A stretch of DNA of 32,617 bases, taken from a virus. Its lineage: Duplodnaviria; Caudoviricetes. Numbering within the stretch: the first letter of the stretch is position 1; every line of letters begins with the position of its first letter. The stretch covers positions 1 through 32,617 of the IMG/VR virus record IMGVR_UViG_3300032226_000012; one strand, given 5' to 3'. Both the position numbers and the translations under genes were made by a program. Shown here piece after piece: positions 8,235 through 17,269 of the stretch. The notes under the pieces were generated by a model. That model saw only the letters and a list, made by a program, of their open reading frames with translations, ran no database searches and had not been told where the DNA came from.

Positions 8235-8933
8235 ATGAACTACGTTCAACTGTTCAACAACATTCAGTCGTACACGGAGAATACTTTTCCGGAGTTCACC
8301 GTTTCTGACGGTTCAACTGAGACGACCGCTGAACAGATTAACCGTTTCATTCAGCAGGCGGAACAACGCATCTACAACACGGTGCAGTTCCCCTCGTTGC
8401 GCAAAAACATGACTGGCAATATCCAGTCAGGCAACAAGTACCTCAAGGCTCCTGACGATTACCTTGCCACATATTCTTTGGCGGTAATTGATTCCACTGG
8501 TGCGTATGAGTATCTGCTGAACAAAGACGTGAACTTCATTCGGCAGTCGTATCCAAACCCCACGACAGATGTCGGCATCCCGAAGTACTATGCCCTGTTT
8601 GGTCCCGCTATTGTCGGAAGCGCCATTACAGACGAGCTGACGTTTCTTCTTGGCCCAACACCTGATACTGGGTATACGGTTGAGCTTCATTTCTACTACT
8701 ACCCTGAGTCCATCACGACTGCGGGTACTTCGTGGTTGGGTGACAACTTTGATACCGTGTTGCTGTACGGTTCACTGGTTGAGGCGTATACCTACATGAA
8801 GGGTGAGCCAGACATGCTTGCTTTGTATGACGGCAAGTACAAAGAAGCACTTGCACAAGCCAAGCGTTTGGGTGATGGTATGGAGCGTCAGGATGCGTAT
8901 CGTTCTGGTCAATATAGACAGGCGGTGACCTGA
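8235..8933 (+). CDS. Putative head-tail adaptor (second adaptor-type gene)
   Basis: FIQQAEQRIYN, GIPKYYA, LGPTPD.Y.VELHF and LLYGSLVEAY motifs; located just before the tail genes. Confidence 0.65.
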   Translation: MNYVQLFNNIQSYTENTFPEFTVSDGSTETTAEQINRFIQQAEQRIYNTVQFPSLRKNMTGNIQSGNKYLKAPDDYLATYSLAVIDSTGAYEYLLNKDVNFIRQSYPNPTTDVGIPKYYALFGPAIVGSAITDELTFLLGPTPDTGYTVELHFYYYPESITTAGTSWLGDNFDTVLLYGSLVEAYTYMKGEPDMLALYDGKYKEALAQAKRLGDGMERQDAYRSGQYRQAVT

Positions 8934-9355
8934 TGGCTTTCACAGGTAACTTCTCCTGCAACACGTTGCGCACTGGCCTGATTGACGGGACGTTGAACTT
9001 TTCAACAGACACGTTTCGTTTGGCGCTGTACACCAACGCTGCAACCCTGAACCAACTGACTGCGGCGTATACCTCAGACGGTGAGGCTTCTGGTGGCAAT
9101 TATGTTGCTGGCGGTCAAGTGGTCACGGCGACAGTTAATACCGCGCTTGGTACAAGCGGCAGCACCATTTACGTTAATTTTTCCAGCCCAAGCTGGACCG
9201 GAGCAATCACGGCTCGTGGGGCGTTGATTTACGACGTTACTACTGGCGCGGCTGTCTGCGTTCTGGACTTTGGGAATAACGTAACATCGACCGGAACTTT
9301 CACCGTAACGATGCCCGCTGATACAAGCACAGCGGCGCTCATTCGACTTGTATAA
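8933..9355 (+). CDS. Putative tail structural protein
   Basis: TGATG coupling; DTFRLALYT..ITARGALIY..VLDFG..GTFTVTMP..ALIRL. Paralog of 9570..10079. Confidence 0.65.
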   Translation: MAFTGNFSCNTLRTGLIDGTLNFSTDTFRLALYTNAATLNQLTAAYTSDGEASGGNYVAGGQVVTATVNTALGTSGSTIYVNFSSPSWTGAITARGALIYDVTTGAAVCVLDFGNNVTSTGTFTVTMPADTSTAALIRLV

Positions 9356-9364
9356 GGAACAAAC

Positions 9365-9559
9365 ATGGCATTGGTCACAACCACCAAAGGCGAAATGGAC
9401 GAGTCTCTTCTTGAGAAAAAAGAAGGTTTCGTCGATAATGACAACGAGTACACGACTTGGGTTGAGTATTGGTTAGATGGCGAACTTGTGCACCGTTCAG
9501 CGCATGTTCAACTGAAAAAAGCAGTGACGTTCGCGGCTGAAGCTGCATCTTTTAATTAA
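9365..9559 (+). CDS. Small acidic hypothetical protein
   Basis: TAAGGA RBS; fills the gap between the two paralogs. Confidence 0.7.
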   Translation: MALVTTTKGEMDESLLEKKEGFVDNDNEYTTWVEYWLDGELVHRSAHVQLKKAVTFAAEAASFN

Positions 9560-9569
9560 GGAGCCTAAC

Positions 9570-10079
9570 ATGGCAAATACACAAGCAATGTCAACTTCGT
9601 TCATGAGCAAGCTCATGACAGGTACGCACAACTTCGGCACAGGCGTTATTCGCGCAGCCACCACTGCTGATACCTTCTACGGTGCTTTGTTGCTGGCAAG
9701 CGGCACATTCAACGCTTCTTCCGCTAACTACACTGGTACGGTTGGTTCTTCCACCATGTCGGGTGAAGTGTCTGGTACAGGCTACACCGCTGGCGGTGTG
9801 CCGATCACCAACGCAACAGCCCCGACTTTTACCAACACATCCGCCACTGCTGGTACAGCCTACTGGACTCCTTCTGCCAGCATCACCTACACAAGCGTGA
9901 CTTTGAGCACCGCTTTTGATGCTGTGATGATTTACAACTACACACAAGGTTCGGCTGGTGCCTACCCTGCTGTGAGTATCCACACATTTGGTTCGCAGAC
10001 AATTACTGCTGGCACGTTCACATTGACCATGCCATCGAACACGACTTCGACTGCTTTGATCCGCTTGGCTACAACCTAA
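9570..10079 (+). CDS. Putative tail structural protein
   Basis: TAAGGAG RBS; EVSGTGYTAGG..FG..GTFTLTMP..STALIRL. Paralog of 8933..9355. Confidence 0.7.
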   Translation: MANTQAMSTSFMSKLMTGTHNFGTGVIRAATTADTFYGALLLASGTFNASSANYTGTVGSSTMSGEVSGTGYTAGGVPITNATAPTFTNTSATAGTAYWTPSASITYTSVTLSTAFDAVMIYNYTQGSAGAYPAVSIHTFGSQTITAGTFTLTMPSNTTSTALIRLATT

Positions 10080-10080
10080 T

Positions 10081-10114
10081 AGGACTGGCGGGGTAACCCG
10101 CTAGAGTAGCCATG
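10081..10114 (+). promoter_or_regulatory. Candidate hairpin-split ribosome-binding site
   Basis: AGGA (10081-10084), hairpin CTGGCGGG-GTAA-CCCGCTAG (10085-10104), 7 nt, ATG (10112). No U-tract after the hairpin. Confidence 0.55.
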
Positions 10115-10720
10115 TTTGGAATCTCCGCATTCGCTGAAGCGCCGTTTGCCTCGCTTTCGGGGCAAACGGTAGTCGTCTCTCTTACCGGCGTCCAAGCATC
10201 GGGCGCGGTAGGAACAGTCGCGGTTTCGGAGAGAAGTTTTGCTCTAACTGGCGTTGAGCTGTACGGAGACGAAGGCGGAGTTGGTGAGTATGGAATTGGC
10301 GCGACCATCGTACACGTCGAAGCGTATGGGTATGTTGGTACGGTAGCGGTTGCAGAGAGAAGCATTGCGCTGACTGGTGTTGAGGCTTCTGGCGCGGCAG
10401 GGACGGTTTCTTTCACCCCAACCCCTACAGGGCTTGAGGCGATTGCCAGTGTTGGTACGGTTGGGTTAGGAGAGCGGCTTGTTGCCCTGACTGGTGTTGA
10501 AGCCTCTGGAGCAGTGGGCGATGTTACCGAACAGAACAACCCAACGGAAGACGGCGTTCAAGCTACTGGCGCAGTTGGCACCATTACGATGGGCGAACGG
10601 TTTGTGGCTATAAGTGGCGTGTCGGCAAGAGGTCAAGTCGGGACAATGGATGAGTTTTATTGGACGACAATTGATGACAGCGAAACGCCAAACTGGCAGA
10701 ATGTCGCAATGACGGTGTAA
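10112..10720 (+). CDS. Repeat-containing putative tail protein
   Basis: MFGISAFAEAPFASL N-terminus, about 8 copies of a LTGVxAxGAVGTV-like repeat, Trp-containing C-terminus. Confidence 0.7.
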   Translation: MFGISAFAEAPFASLSGQTVVVSLTGVQASGAVGTVAVSERSFALTGVELYGDEGGVGEYGIGATIVHVEAYGYVGTVAVAERSIALTGVEASGAAGTVSFTPTPTGLEAIASVGTVGLGERLVALTGVEASGAVGDVTEQNNPTEDGVQATGAVGTITMGERFVAISGVSARGQVGTMDEFYWTTIDDSETPNWQNVAMTV

Positions 10721-10729
10721 GGATTAAAT

Positions 10730-11167
10730 ATGGCCCTCGTATTAGCAGATCGCGTAAAGGAAACCACGACCACGACTGGTACGGGGACGGTGACTCTGCT
10801 TGGCGCTTCCGCAGGGTTCCAATCTTTTGCGGCGGTTGGTAATGGCAACACAACCTACTACACCATTGCAGCACAAACTGGCACTGAGTGGGAAGTGGGT
10901 ATTGGCACTTACACATCGTCTGGCACTACGCTGGCGCGTACCACCGTACTTTCTTCGAGTAACGCTGGCTCGGCTGTTAACTTTTCTGCTGGCACCAAAG
11001 ATGTGTTTGTCACGTACCCATCAGAGTATTCAGTGAGCGCCACAAACAATCCCGGAACGTCTGGACAACTGCTTGTATCAAATGGCGTGGGGGTTGACCC
11101 TACGTGGCAGGATTCCACCGCTGCTAGTAAATCTTACGCACAAGCCATGCGGATTCTTGCCGATTAA
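10730..11167 (+). CDS. Putative tail fibre/adaptor protein
   Basis: MALVLADRVKETTTTTGTGTVTL..WEVGIGTY..FSAGTKDVFVTYP, a common phage fibre N-terminal module. Confidence 0.7.
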   Translation: MALVLADRVKETTTTTGTGTVTLLGASAGFQSFAAVGNGNTTYYTIAAQTGTEWEVGIGTYTSSGTTLARTTVLSSSNAGSAVNFSAGTKDVFVTYPSEYSVSATNNPGTSGQLLVSNGVGVDPTWQDSTAASKSYAQAMRILAD

Positions 11168-11176
11168 GGAGACATC

Positions 11177-11773
11177 ATGGCAGTAACCAACTTCTCTCCC
11201 CTTCTTGGTCTGGCGCTCCCAACCACAGGTGACCTGCAAGGTACTTGGGGGGCTACGGTCAACGACTCCATTACAAACCTTTTGGATTCGGCAGTTGCTG
11301 GCACGACCACGCTTTCTTCTAATGTGGATGTAACGCTCTCAACGACCAACGGCGCGGCCAACCAAGCGCGTAACGCGATCATTTTGTGGACTGCCAATAA
11401 CGGCGCTACAACTCGCAACATCACAGCCCCTGCGCAGAGCAAAGCATACTTGATCATCAATGCTGGTACTGGCTCTATTGTGATCCGTGGTTCCGGCCCA
11501 ACGACTGGTGTAACGGTAGCTTCTGGTGTTCGCGCCTTGGTGGCATGGAACGGCTCTGACTTTGTAAAAATTGTCAGTAACCCAGTAACGCTGACCACAG
11601 ACGTATCCGGTGTTCTTCCTGCGGCAAATGGCGGTACAGGCTTGTCTAGCCCCGGTACTGCTGGTAACGTGCTGACTTCTACCGGGACAGGCTGGACATC
11701 ATCCCCCGCGCCCGGCAGCACCAGCATTACCGCTGGTAAGTCAATTGCATTTTCAATGATTTTCGGTTTCTAA
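11177..11773 (+). CDS. Putative tail fibre protein
   Basis: LGLALP.TG...GTWG..VN N-terminus, LPAANGGTG fibre repeat, GKSIAFSMIFG C-terminus. Confidence 0.7.
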   Translation: MAVTNFSPLLGLALPTTGDLQGTWGATVNDSITNLLDSAVAGTTTLSSNVDVTLSTTNGAANQARNAIILWTANNGATTRNITAPAQSKAYLIINAGTGSIVIRGSGPTTGVTVASGVRALVAWNGSDFVKIVSNPVTLTTDVSGVLPAANGGTGLSSPGTAGNVLTSTGTGWTSSPAPGSTSITAGKSIAFSMIFGF

Positions 11774-11782
11774 GGAGTCATC

Positions 11783-12178
11783 ATGGCCAATCCAAACATC
11801 GTAGCTGTAACGGCCATTTATGGCATTACAACGTACCTCACCCCCAACGGTACAAGCGCACTCGTGCTGTTGCCTAATGCCGCGTCTTCTGGTCTGGTCT
11901 TTAAGATCAATCAGATTGTCGTGGCTAACGCTACAGGTTCCGCAGCCAACGCAACGGTGTCAATTTACACCAACGGTGCTGTAGCCCAGAACGGCACCCC
12001 ATCGGGCGGTACAGCTTTCCCAATTGTGTCGGCAGTCTCCGTGCCTGCAAACGCATCGCTGATTGCTGTGGACAAGTCCACTGGTCTGTACCTGATGGAA
12101 GGTACTTCGATCACAATCACTTCGGGCACGTCCAACGCACTGACTTTCAGCATCTCCTACGAATCCATCGCAAGTTAA
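11783..12178 (+). CDS. Putative tail/fibre-associated beta protein
   Basis: TAAGGAG RBS; MANPNIV..KINQIVVAN..SVPANASL..YLMEG..ISYE. Confidence 0.7.
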   Translation: MANPNIVAVTAIYGITTYLTPNGTSALVLLPNAASSGLVFKINQIVVANATGSAANATVSIYTNGAVAQNGTPSGGTAFPIVSAVSVPANASLIAVDKSTGLYLMEGTSITITSGTSNALTFSISYESIAS

Positions 12179-12188
12179 GGGGTAGCCC

Positions 12189-13334
12189 ATGTCGATGCGC
12201 AACCAAGCTGGTATTGTTTTACCGGGATACAACCCGTTGAAGGTCGCCAACGCGCCGACTATTGGCACTGCTACCGCTGGCGCTAATCAAGTGTCTGTGG
12301 CCTTTACCGCGCCAGCGTGTGTTGGTGGCGGGGCCATCTCTTCTTATAGCGCGTACTGCACTACGACTGGAACCAACATTGCAACGGGCGCATCGTCGCC
12401 TTTGGTTGTGACGGGGCTGACTACCGGCACTGCGTATACCTTCAAAGTTATTGCCACAAACGCTTATGGTCCAAGCTACCCTAGCGCGGCAAGTAATAGC
12501 GCAACTCCGTTGCTTACGGTTAATTATCTTGTTGTTGGCGGCGGTGGTGGCGCGGAAACTGGCGGCGGCGGTGCTGGTGGTTTTAGAACGGGCACTTGTT
12601 TCCCCGTTATTTTTGGGACAACATATACCGTAACTGTCGGTGCTGGCGGTACTGGCGGTCTTGGATATTATGTTGCATCGTATCCAACCGATGGCACAAA
12701 CTCCGTATTCTCAACCATCACATCTACGGGCGGGGGTCGTGGCGGCACAACAGACTCTGGAGCGCCTAATAAAAATGGGTTTACAGGCGGCTCTGGCGGC
12801 GGTGGCGCAGGTGACGGCGGCGGCTCAACTGGCGGTGCGGGCAATACTCCATCAACATCTCCTTCGCAGGGCAGTAGCGGCGGAAATGGAGTTCAAACAT
12901 CGTCCCCGTATCCCGCTGGCGGCGGCGGCGGCGCATCTGCCGTTGGAGGCGCGGGGCAATCTAGTGCTGGCGGAAACGGCGGCAATGGAACGGCGTCTTC
13001 AATCACTGGCTCCTCAGTAACTTATGCAGGTGGTGGCGGTGGCGGCGCGGCTTATACAGGCGGCAGCAGGGGCACTGGAGGCACAGGGGGTGGAGGTGAC
13101 GCGGGTAGTTCCGGCTCTAGGGCTGGCGTTAGCGGCACTGCAAACACAGGTGGCGGCGGGGGCGGTAAGTATGATTTCTTTGCCCCAGAAGTTGCGGGGG
13201 GTGCAGGCGGCTCAGGTGTGGTTATTATCAGCGCATCGCAAGCTGCCGCAGCAACCACGGGGTCGCCAACCGTAACAACTTCCGGTGGCAGAACTATCTA
13301 CACGTTTACCTCTTCTGGTTCAATTACATTTTGA
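12189..13334 (+). CDS. Fibronectin type III domain plus glycine-rich domain virion protein
   Basis: APTIGTATAG..VAFTAP..VTGLTTGTAYTFKVIATNAYG..SAASNS (FN3-like), then YLVVGGGGG...GGSGVVII. Confidence 0.8.
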   Translation: MSMRNQAGIVLPGYNPLKVANAPTIGTATAGANQVSVAFTAPACVGGGAISSYSAYCTTTGTNIATGASSPLVVTGLTTGTAYTFKVIATNAYGPSYPSAASNSATPLLTVNYLVVGGGGGAETGGGGAGGFRTGTCFPVIFGTTYTVTVGAGGTGGLGYYVASYPTDGTNSVFSTITSTGGGRGGTTDSGAPNKNGFTGGSGGGGAGDGGGSTGGAGNTPSTSPSQGSSGGNGVQTSSPYPAGGGGGASAVGGAGQSSAGGNGGNGTASSITGSSVTYAGGGGGGAAYTGGSRGTGGTGGGGDAGSSGSRAGVSGTANTGGGGGGKYDFFAPEVAGGAGGSGVVIISASQAAAATTGSPTVTTSGGRTIYTFTSSGSITF

Positions 13335-13341
13335 GGAACGT

Positions 13342-13686
13342 ATGGCTCATTTTGCAAAAGTAGAAAACGGCATCGTTACTCAGGTTATTGTGGCCGAGCA
13401 AGATGTCATTGACTCTGGTTTGTTTGGAACAGGTTGGGTTCAGACTTCGTACAACACGCGTGGTGGACAACACCCGGAAGGACGCCCACTTCGTAAGAAC
13501 TACGCTGGCGGGGGGTATACATATGATGCAACCCGTGATGCCTTTATTCCACCCCAACCTTATGCTTCTTGGTCTTTGGATGAGCAAACTTGCCTGTGGA
13601 ACCCACCCACATCAAGACCTACTGACGATAAGCGTTACGTTTGGGACGAACCAACAACATCTTGGATTGAGGTAACTAATGCCTAA
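13342..13686 (+). CDS. Putative tail fibre assembly chaperone
   Basis: GAGGA RBS and ATG at 13342; MAHFAK..WVQTSYN..RKNYAG..DAFIPPQP..SW.LDE..W. Follows a fibre gene. Confidence 0.6.
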   Translation: MAHFAKVENGIVTQVIVAEQDVIDSGLFGTGWVQTSYNTRGGQHPEGRPLRKNYAGGGYTYDATRDAFIPPQPYASWSLDEQTCLWNPPTSRPTDDKRYVWDEPTTSWIEVTNA

Positions 13687-14818
13687 TTTCTCAGGAATCT
13701 GGACAGTCACCCAGCAGATGCAAGCAAAGGGTGCAAGCACATGGCCTGCAACGCCCGGTGCGCCTACGATTGGTACGGCTACGGCGGGTTCTGGGTTGTG
13801 CGCTTCGGTGGCATTTACTGCTCCCGCTTGTACTGGTTATCCTGCGACCATTACTGGTTACCGGGTAGTTTCTACTCCCGGCTGCTTGACCGCTACAGGC
13901 GCATCGTCGCCATTGGTTGTCACGGGCTTAACCAATGCAACTTCTTACACATTCAAAGCGCAGGCAACAAATAGCACGGGGTATGGGGCACTCAGTGCGG
14001 CCAGTAATTCAATTACCGCATCTAGTGCAGGCTCACAGTCTTATACTTGTTCAGGAACTTACTCATGGGTGGCTCCGTCAGGTGTGACGGCTGTATCAGT
14101 TGTTGCTGTCGGTGCAGGTGGAAACGGTAAGCGTACTGGCAGGGGGGCAACTGCTGGAGGACTGGGGTACAAAAACAATATTAGCGTTACTCCGGGAAAT
14201 TCGTACACTGTTGTTGTTGGCGCTCCCGCCGCAAACCAATCCGGTAGCTCTTATTTCTCTGCTGCATGCGTTGTGTCTGGTGGCGGGGGAATCGGTGGTT
14301 GTTTTTCAGGCTCCGGCAGCTTATTTGTGGGCGGGACGTACACCGGCGATGGAGGCGGTAACGGGGGAAGACCCGCACCCAATAACTGTTTAACTAATTT
14401 TGGAACGGGCGGCGGCGGCGCTGGCGGGTATAGCGGAAATGGAGGCACTGGCGGGTATGGCGGGTGCTGCAACCCATCGGGCAACGGAACAAGTGGCAGT
14501 GGCGGCGCAGGCGGTGGTGGCGGTGGCTCTTATAACACAGGCTGTAAAGGCGGCGGTGGTGGTGGCGGAGTGGGGATATTTGGAGCAGGTTCTAATGGCG
14601 CAGGCGGAAATTATCCATCTAATGGCGGCGGCGGAGGTAGCGGCGGCACAGCGGGTGGTAGTACCTCTACTACGGCGGGAGGCGCGGGCGGTGCATATGG
14701 CGCTGGCGGTGGTGGCTCTGGGCCTGCTACTGGCGGCGCTGGGGGAGTGGGCGCGGTTCGCATTGTTTGGCCCGGCAACACCCGCACATTCCCATCTACA
14801 AACGTAGGAGCACCATAA
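13679..14818 (+). CDS. FN3 plus glycine-rich virion protein, Cys-enriched
   Basis: SGIWT...WP N-terminus, FN3-like domain, GTYSWVAPSGVTAVSVVAVGAGG, GAVRIVWPG C-terminus. Confidence 0.8.
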   Translation: MPNFSGIWTVTQQMQAKGASTWPATPGAPTIGTATAGSGLCASVAFTAPACTGYPATITGYRVVSTPGCLTATGASSPLVVTGLTNATSYTFKAQATNSTGYGALSAASNSITASSAGSQSYTCSGTYSWVAPSGVTAVSVVAVGAGGNGKRTGRGATAGGLGYKNNISVTPGNSYTVVVGAPAANQSGSSYFSAACVVSGGGGIGGCFSGSGSLFVGGTYTGDGGGNGGRPAPNNCLTNFGTGGGGAGGYSGNGGTGGYGGCCNPSGNGTSGSGGAGGGGGGSYNTGCKGGGGGGGVGIFGAGSNGAGGNYPSNGGGGGSGGTAGGSTSTTAGGAGGAYGAGGGGSGPATGGAGGVGAVRIVWPGNTRTFPSTNVGAP

Positions 14819-16009
14819 ATGAGTATCAAACAATTTCCCGGTGGCATCGTCACCAAGAACCCAACGGCTCCAACAACTTCGTCGGCCAAGGGTATCTGGA
14901 CTGTGTGCCAAGCGGCAAACTACGCCAAGCAAGGCATCTGGCCAAGAAGCCCCGGCGCTCCTACGATTGGCGCTATCAGTCAGGTTTCTGCGACCGCTGC
15001 TTCCGTTGCTTTTACTGCGCCATCTTGCACGGGCAGCAACGCCATCACCGGGTATACCGCAATTTCTTCGCCCGGCTGCATCACGGGGACGGGGGCATCT
15101 TCTCCTGTGACGGTTAGCGGATTGACAACAGATACGGCGTACACATTTAGGGTCCGTGCTACAAACGGTGCAGGCACCGGACCGCTTTCAACAGCTTCGG
15201 CCAGCTTTACCCCTACTCAGACCTGCGCAACATTTACTACTGCGGGAACTTTTTCATGGGTCGCTCCCACGGGGGTTACGTCTGTATCTGTCGTAGCAGT
15301 TGGCGGTGGCGGCGGCGCAACTCGGATACGTGGCGGCGGCGGTGCTGGTCTTAGGTATGTAAATAATATTTCTGTTACCCCCGGCAGTTCTTACACGGTT
15401 GTTGTTGGCGGAGGTGGGGCCGGATCAACTACTCTTTGCCTTAACGCAGGGAATGGGGGTAGTTCCACTTTTAACTCAACTACTGTTGTTGCGCCTAATG
15501 GTGTGAGCGGTAATTCTGGTAGCTCTAACCCCTCTACTGGCGGTACTGGCACTGGTGGCCAAGGCGGAAGCGGTGCTAGTAATAAAGGCGCAGGCGGCGG
15601 AGGCGCTGGAGGGTACGCAGGAAACGGGGGGACCGCAAGTAGCTATAGTGCCGGGGGCGCTGGCTGCGGCGGTGGCGGCGGCGCTGGCGGGTCATTTGCC
15701 GGTTTTGGATGCATTAGAGCCGGTGGCGGCGGCGGTGGGGTTGGTGTGTTTGGACAAGGTTCAAACGGCGCTGGCGGGGCGTCAAGTTCCGGTAACACCG
15801 GCGGTGGTGGCGGTGGCTCTTCTGGTTGTGCAGGAAACGGCGGCGCATCCTTTAACGGCGGCGCTGGCGGGGCGTTCGGTGGCGGTGGCGGCGGGCAAAA
15901 CTGTTCTTGCGGATGTTTCGGCAATGGCGGCGCTGGCGCTCCCGGTGCAGTCCGTATCGTATGGCCCGGCAATACCCGCAGCTTTCCATCAACATGTGTG
16001 GGCGCTTAA
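14819..16009 (+). CDS. FN3 plus glycine-rich virion protein, Cys-enriched (paralog)
   Basis: Same architecture as 13679..14818, including GIWT..WP and GAVRIVWPGNTR.FPST.VGA. Confidence 0.8.
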   Translation: MSIKQFPGGIVTKNPTAPTTSSAKGIWTVCQAANYAKQGIWPRSPGAPTIGAISQVSATAASVAFTAPSCTGSNAITGYTAISSPGCITGTGASSPVTVSGLTTDTAYTFRVRATNGAGTGPLSTASASFTPTQTCATFTTAGTFSWVAPTGVTSVSVVAVGGGGGATRIRGGGGAGLRYVNNISVTPGSSYTVVVGGGGAGSTTLCLNAGNGGSSTFNSTTVVAPNGVSGNSGSSNPSTGGTGTGGQGGSGASNKGAGGGGAGGYAGNGGTASSYSAGGAGCGGGGGAGGSFAGFGCIRAGGGGGGVGVFGQGSNGAGGASSSGNTGGGGGGSSGCAGNGGASFNGGAGGAFGGGGGGQNCSCGCFGNGGAGAPGAVRIVWPGNTRSFPSTCVGA

Positions 16010-16028
16010 TCTTTAATCAGGAGAAACC

Positions 16029-16517
16029 ATGAAACTTTACATCGAAACAGAAAACGGCCAAGTCAAAAATCACCCAGCGTTTGAGGACAACCTCATTCAA
16101 GCGTTTGGTGCAATCCCAGCACACTGGGAACCCTTCACCCGTGTCGAGCGCCCTACGCTTGGTGTCTATCAAACGATGGACTCTAATGAAGCTGTCTATG
16201 CCAAAGTAGATGGCGTTTGGACTGACGTGTGGTCTGTGCGCGAAATGACTTCGGAAGAAAAGACAGCGAAGCAACAGGCTGTTCGTGACGCTTTTGCCGC
16301 TCGTGATCAAGCTGAAAACTGGTCTGCTTGGACTTTGGACGAAGCCACTAATACGATGGTTCCCCCAATCCCACGTCCTGAGCCTGACGAAGCCAAGCTG
16401 GCGCAACGCATCATGACCTTCTGGTGCGGTGCAGATGCCAACTGGAAAGACACCCCAGTGCGCCCAGAGGGTGACTATAAATTTGACTTCATTGCTTGGC
16501 AGTGGGTTGCCGTCTGA
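16029..16517 (+). CDS. Putative tail fibre assembly chaperone
   Basis: AGGAG RBS; Trp-rich; SAWTLDEATNTMVPPIPRP resembles ASWSLDEQTCLWNPPTSRP in 13342..13686. Confidence 0.55.
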   Translation: MKLYIETENGQVKNHPAFEDNLIQAFGAIPAHWEPFTRVERPTLGVYQTMDSNEAVYAKVDGVWTDVWSVREMTSEEKTAKQQAVRDAFAARDQAENWSAWTLDEATNTMVPPIPRPEPDEAKLAQRIMTFWCGADANWKDTPVRPEGDYKFDFIAWQWVAV

Positions 16518-16524
16518 GTACACT
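16496..16524 (+). promoter_or_regulatory. Candidate sigma70-type promoter
   Basis: TTGGCA (16496-16501), 17 nt, TACACT (16519-16524), upstream of the oxygenase gene. Confidence 0.35.
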
Positions 16525-16552
16525 TGTAGCTCCACCAACCTAGGAGAAGCTC

Positions 16553-17269
16553 ATGGCTACAGTCGCCAAGAAGAAGTCAAAACAAAAAGTGTGCAAAGCT
16601 GCTGAGTCAGTAGCTGAAGTTGTTCTTCAAACACAGCTTCAAGTTGCACACCATTTCCCGTGCCCAATCTACATCATTGAGCGCCCTGACTTTTTGGAGG
16701 CTGTGAACACCGTCTCCGAGGAAGCCTTGATTGAGTCCCGCAAGATGCAATCGCTAAACGAAATCTACCCCGTCTATATGACTGGCAGCTACTTTGCTGA
16801 CCCCCGCATGGCCGGGTTCTCGGAGTTCGTTGGCGCTACGGCTTGGAACATCCTCAACGAGCAGGGTTACGCTATGCAGGACAAGGCGGTGCAGTTCACA
16901 GAGATGTGGACACAAGAGCACCACAAGCACTCTGCAATGGATGCTCACGTTCACGGGTTTGGCTCACAGATCGTGGGCTTTTACTTCCTTGAGACGCCAG
17001 AGGATTGCTCTCGCGTGGTGTTCCACGACCCCCGCGCTGCCAAGGTGCAGATTGACTTGCCCGAGCAAGACATGGGAATGGCCACTCCCGCCAGCAAGAT
17101 GATCAACTTCACGCCCAAGCCCGGCATGATGATCTTTGCAAACTCATGGTTGATGCACTCGTTCACACGTCATGCTGCTGACAAGCCGATCAAGTTTGTG
17201 CACTTCAACTTGAACGTAATCCCCGCGCCTCAAGCGGCTTGCCCAATGCCAGCGGCAGAGATTGTATGA
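16553..17269 (+). CDS. Putative 2OG-Fe(II) oxygenase (TIGR02466-like)
   Basis: FPCPIY, EMWTQ, AHVH (HxH), GFYFL, FHDPR, PKPGMMIFANSWLMH: double-stranded beta-helix pattern with a three-His metal site. Confidence 0.75.
   Translation: MATVAKKKSKQKVCKAAESVAEVVLQTQLQVAHHFPCPIYIIERPDFLEAVNTVSEEALIESRKMQSLNEIYPVYMTGSYFADPRMAGFSEFVGATAWNILNEQGYAMQDKAVQFTEMWTQEHHKHSAMDAHVHGFGSQIVGFYFLETPEDCSRVVFHDPRAAKVQIDLPEQDMGMATPASKMINFTPKPGMMIFANSWLMHSFTRHAADKPIKFVHFNLNVIPAPQAACPMPAAEIV

Noticed and set aside
10085-10104. Hairpin as an intrinsic terminator
   Set aside because: No U-tract on either strand; better explained as part of the initiation region.
14750-16009. Similar 3' ends of two fibre genes as a possible DGR template/variable repeat pair
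   Set aside because: Differences are mostly synonymous and not adenine-specific, both copies are coding, and no reverse transcriptase is present in the window.
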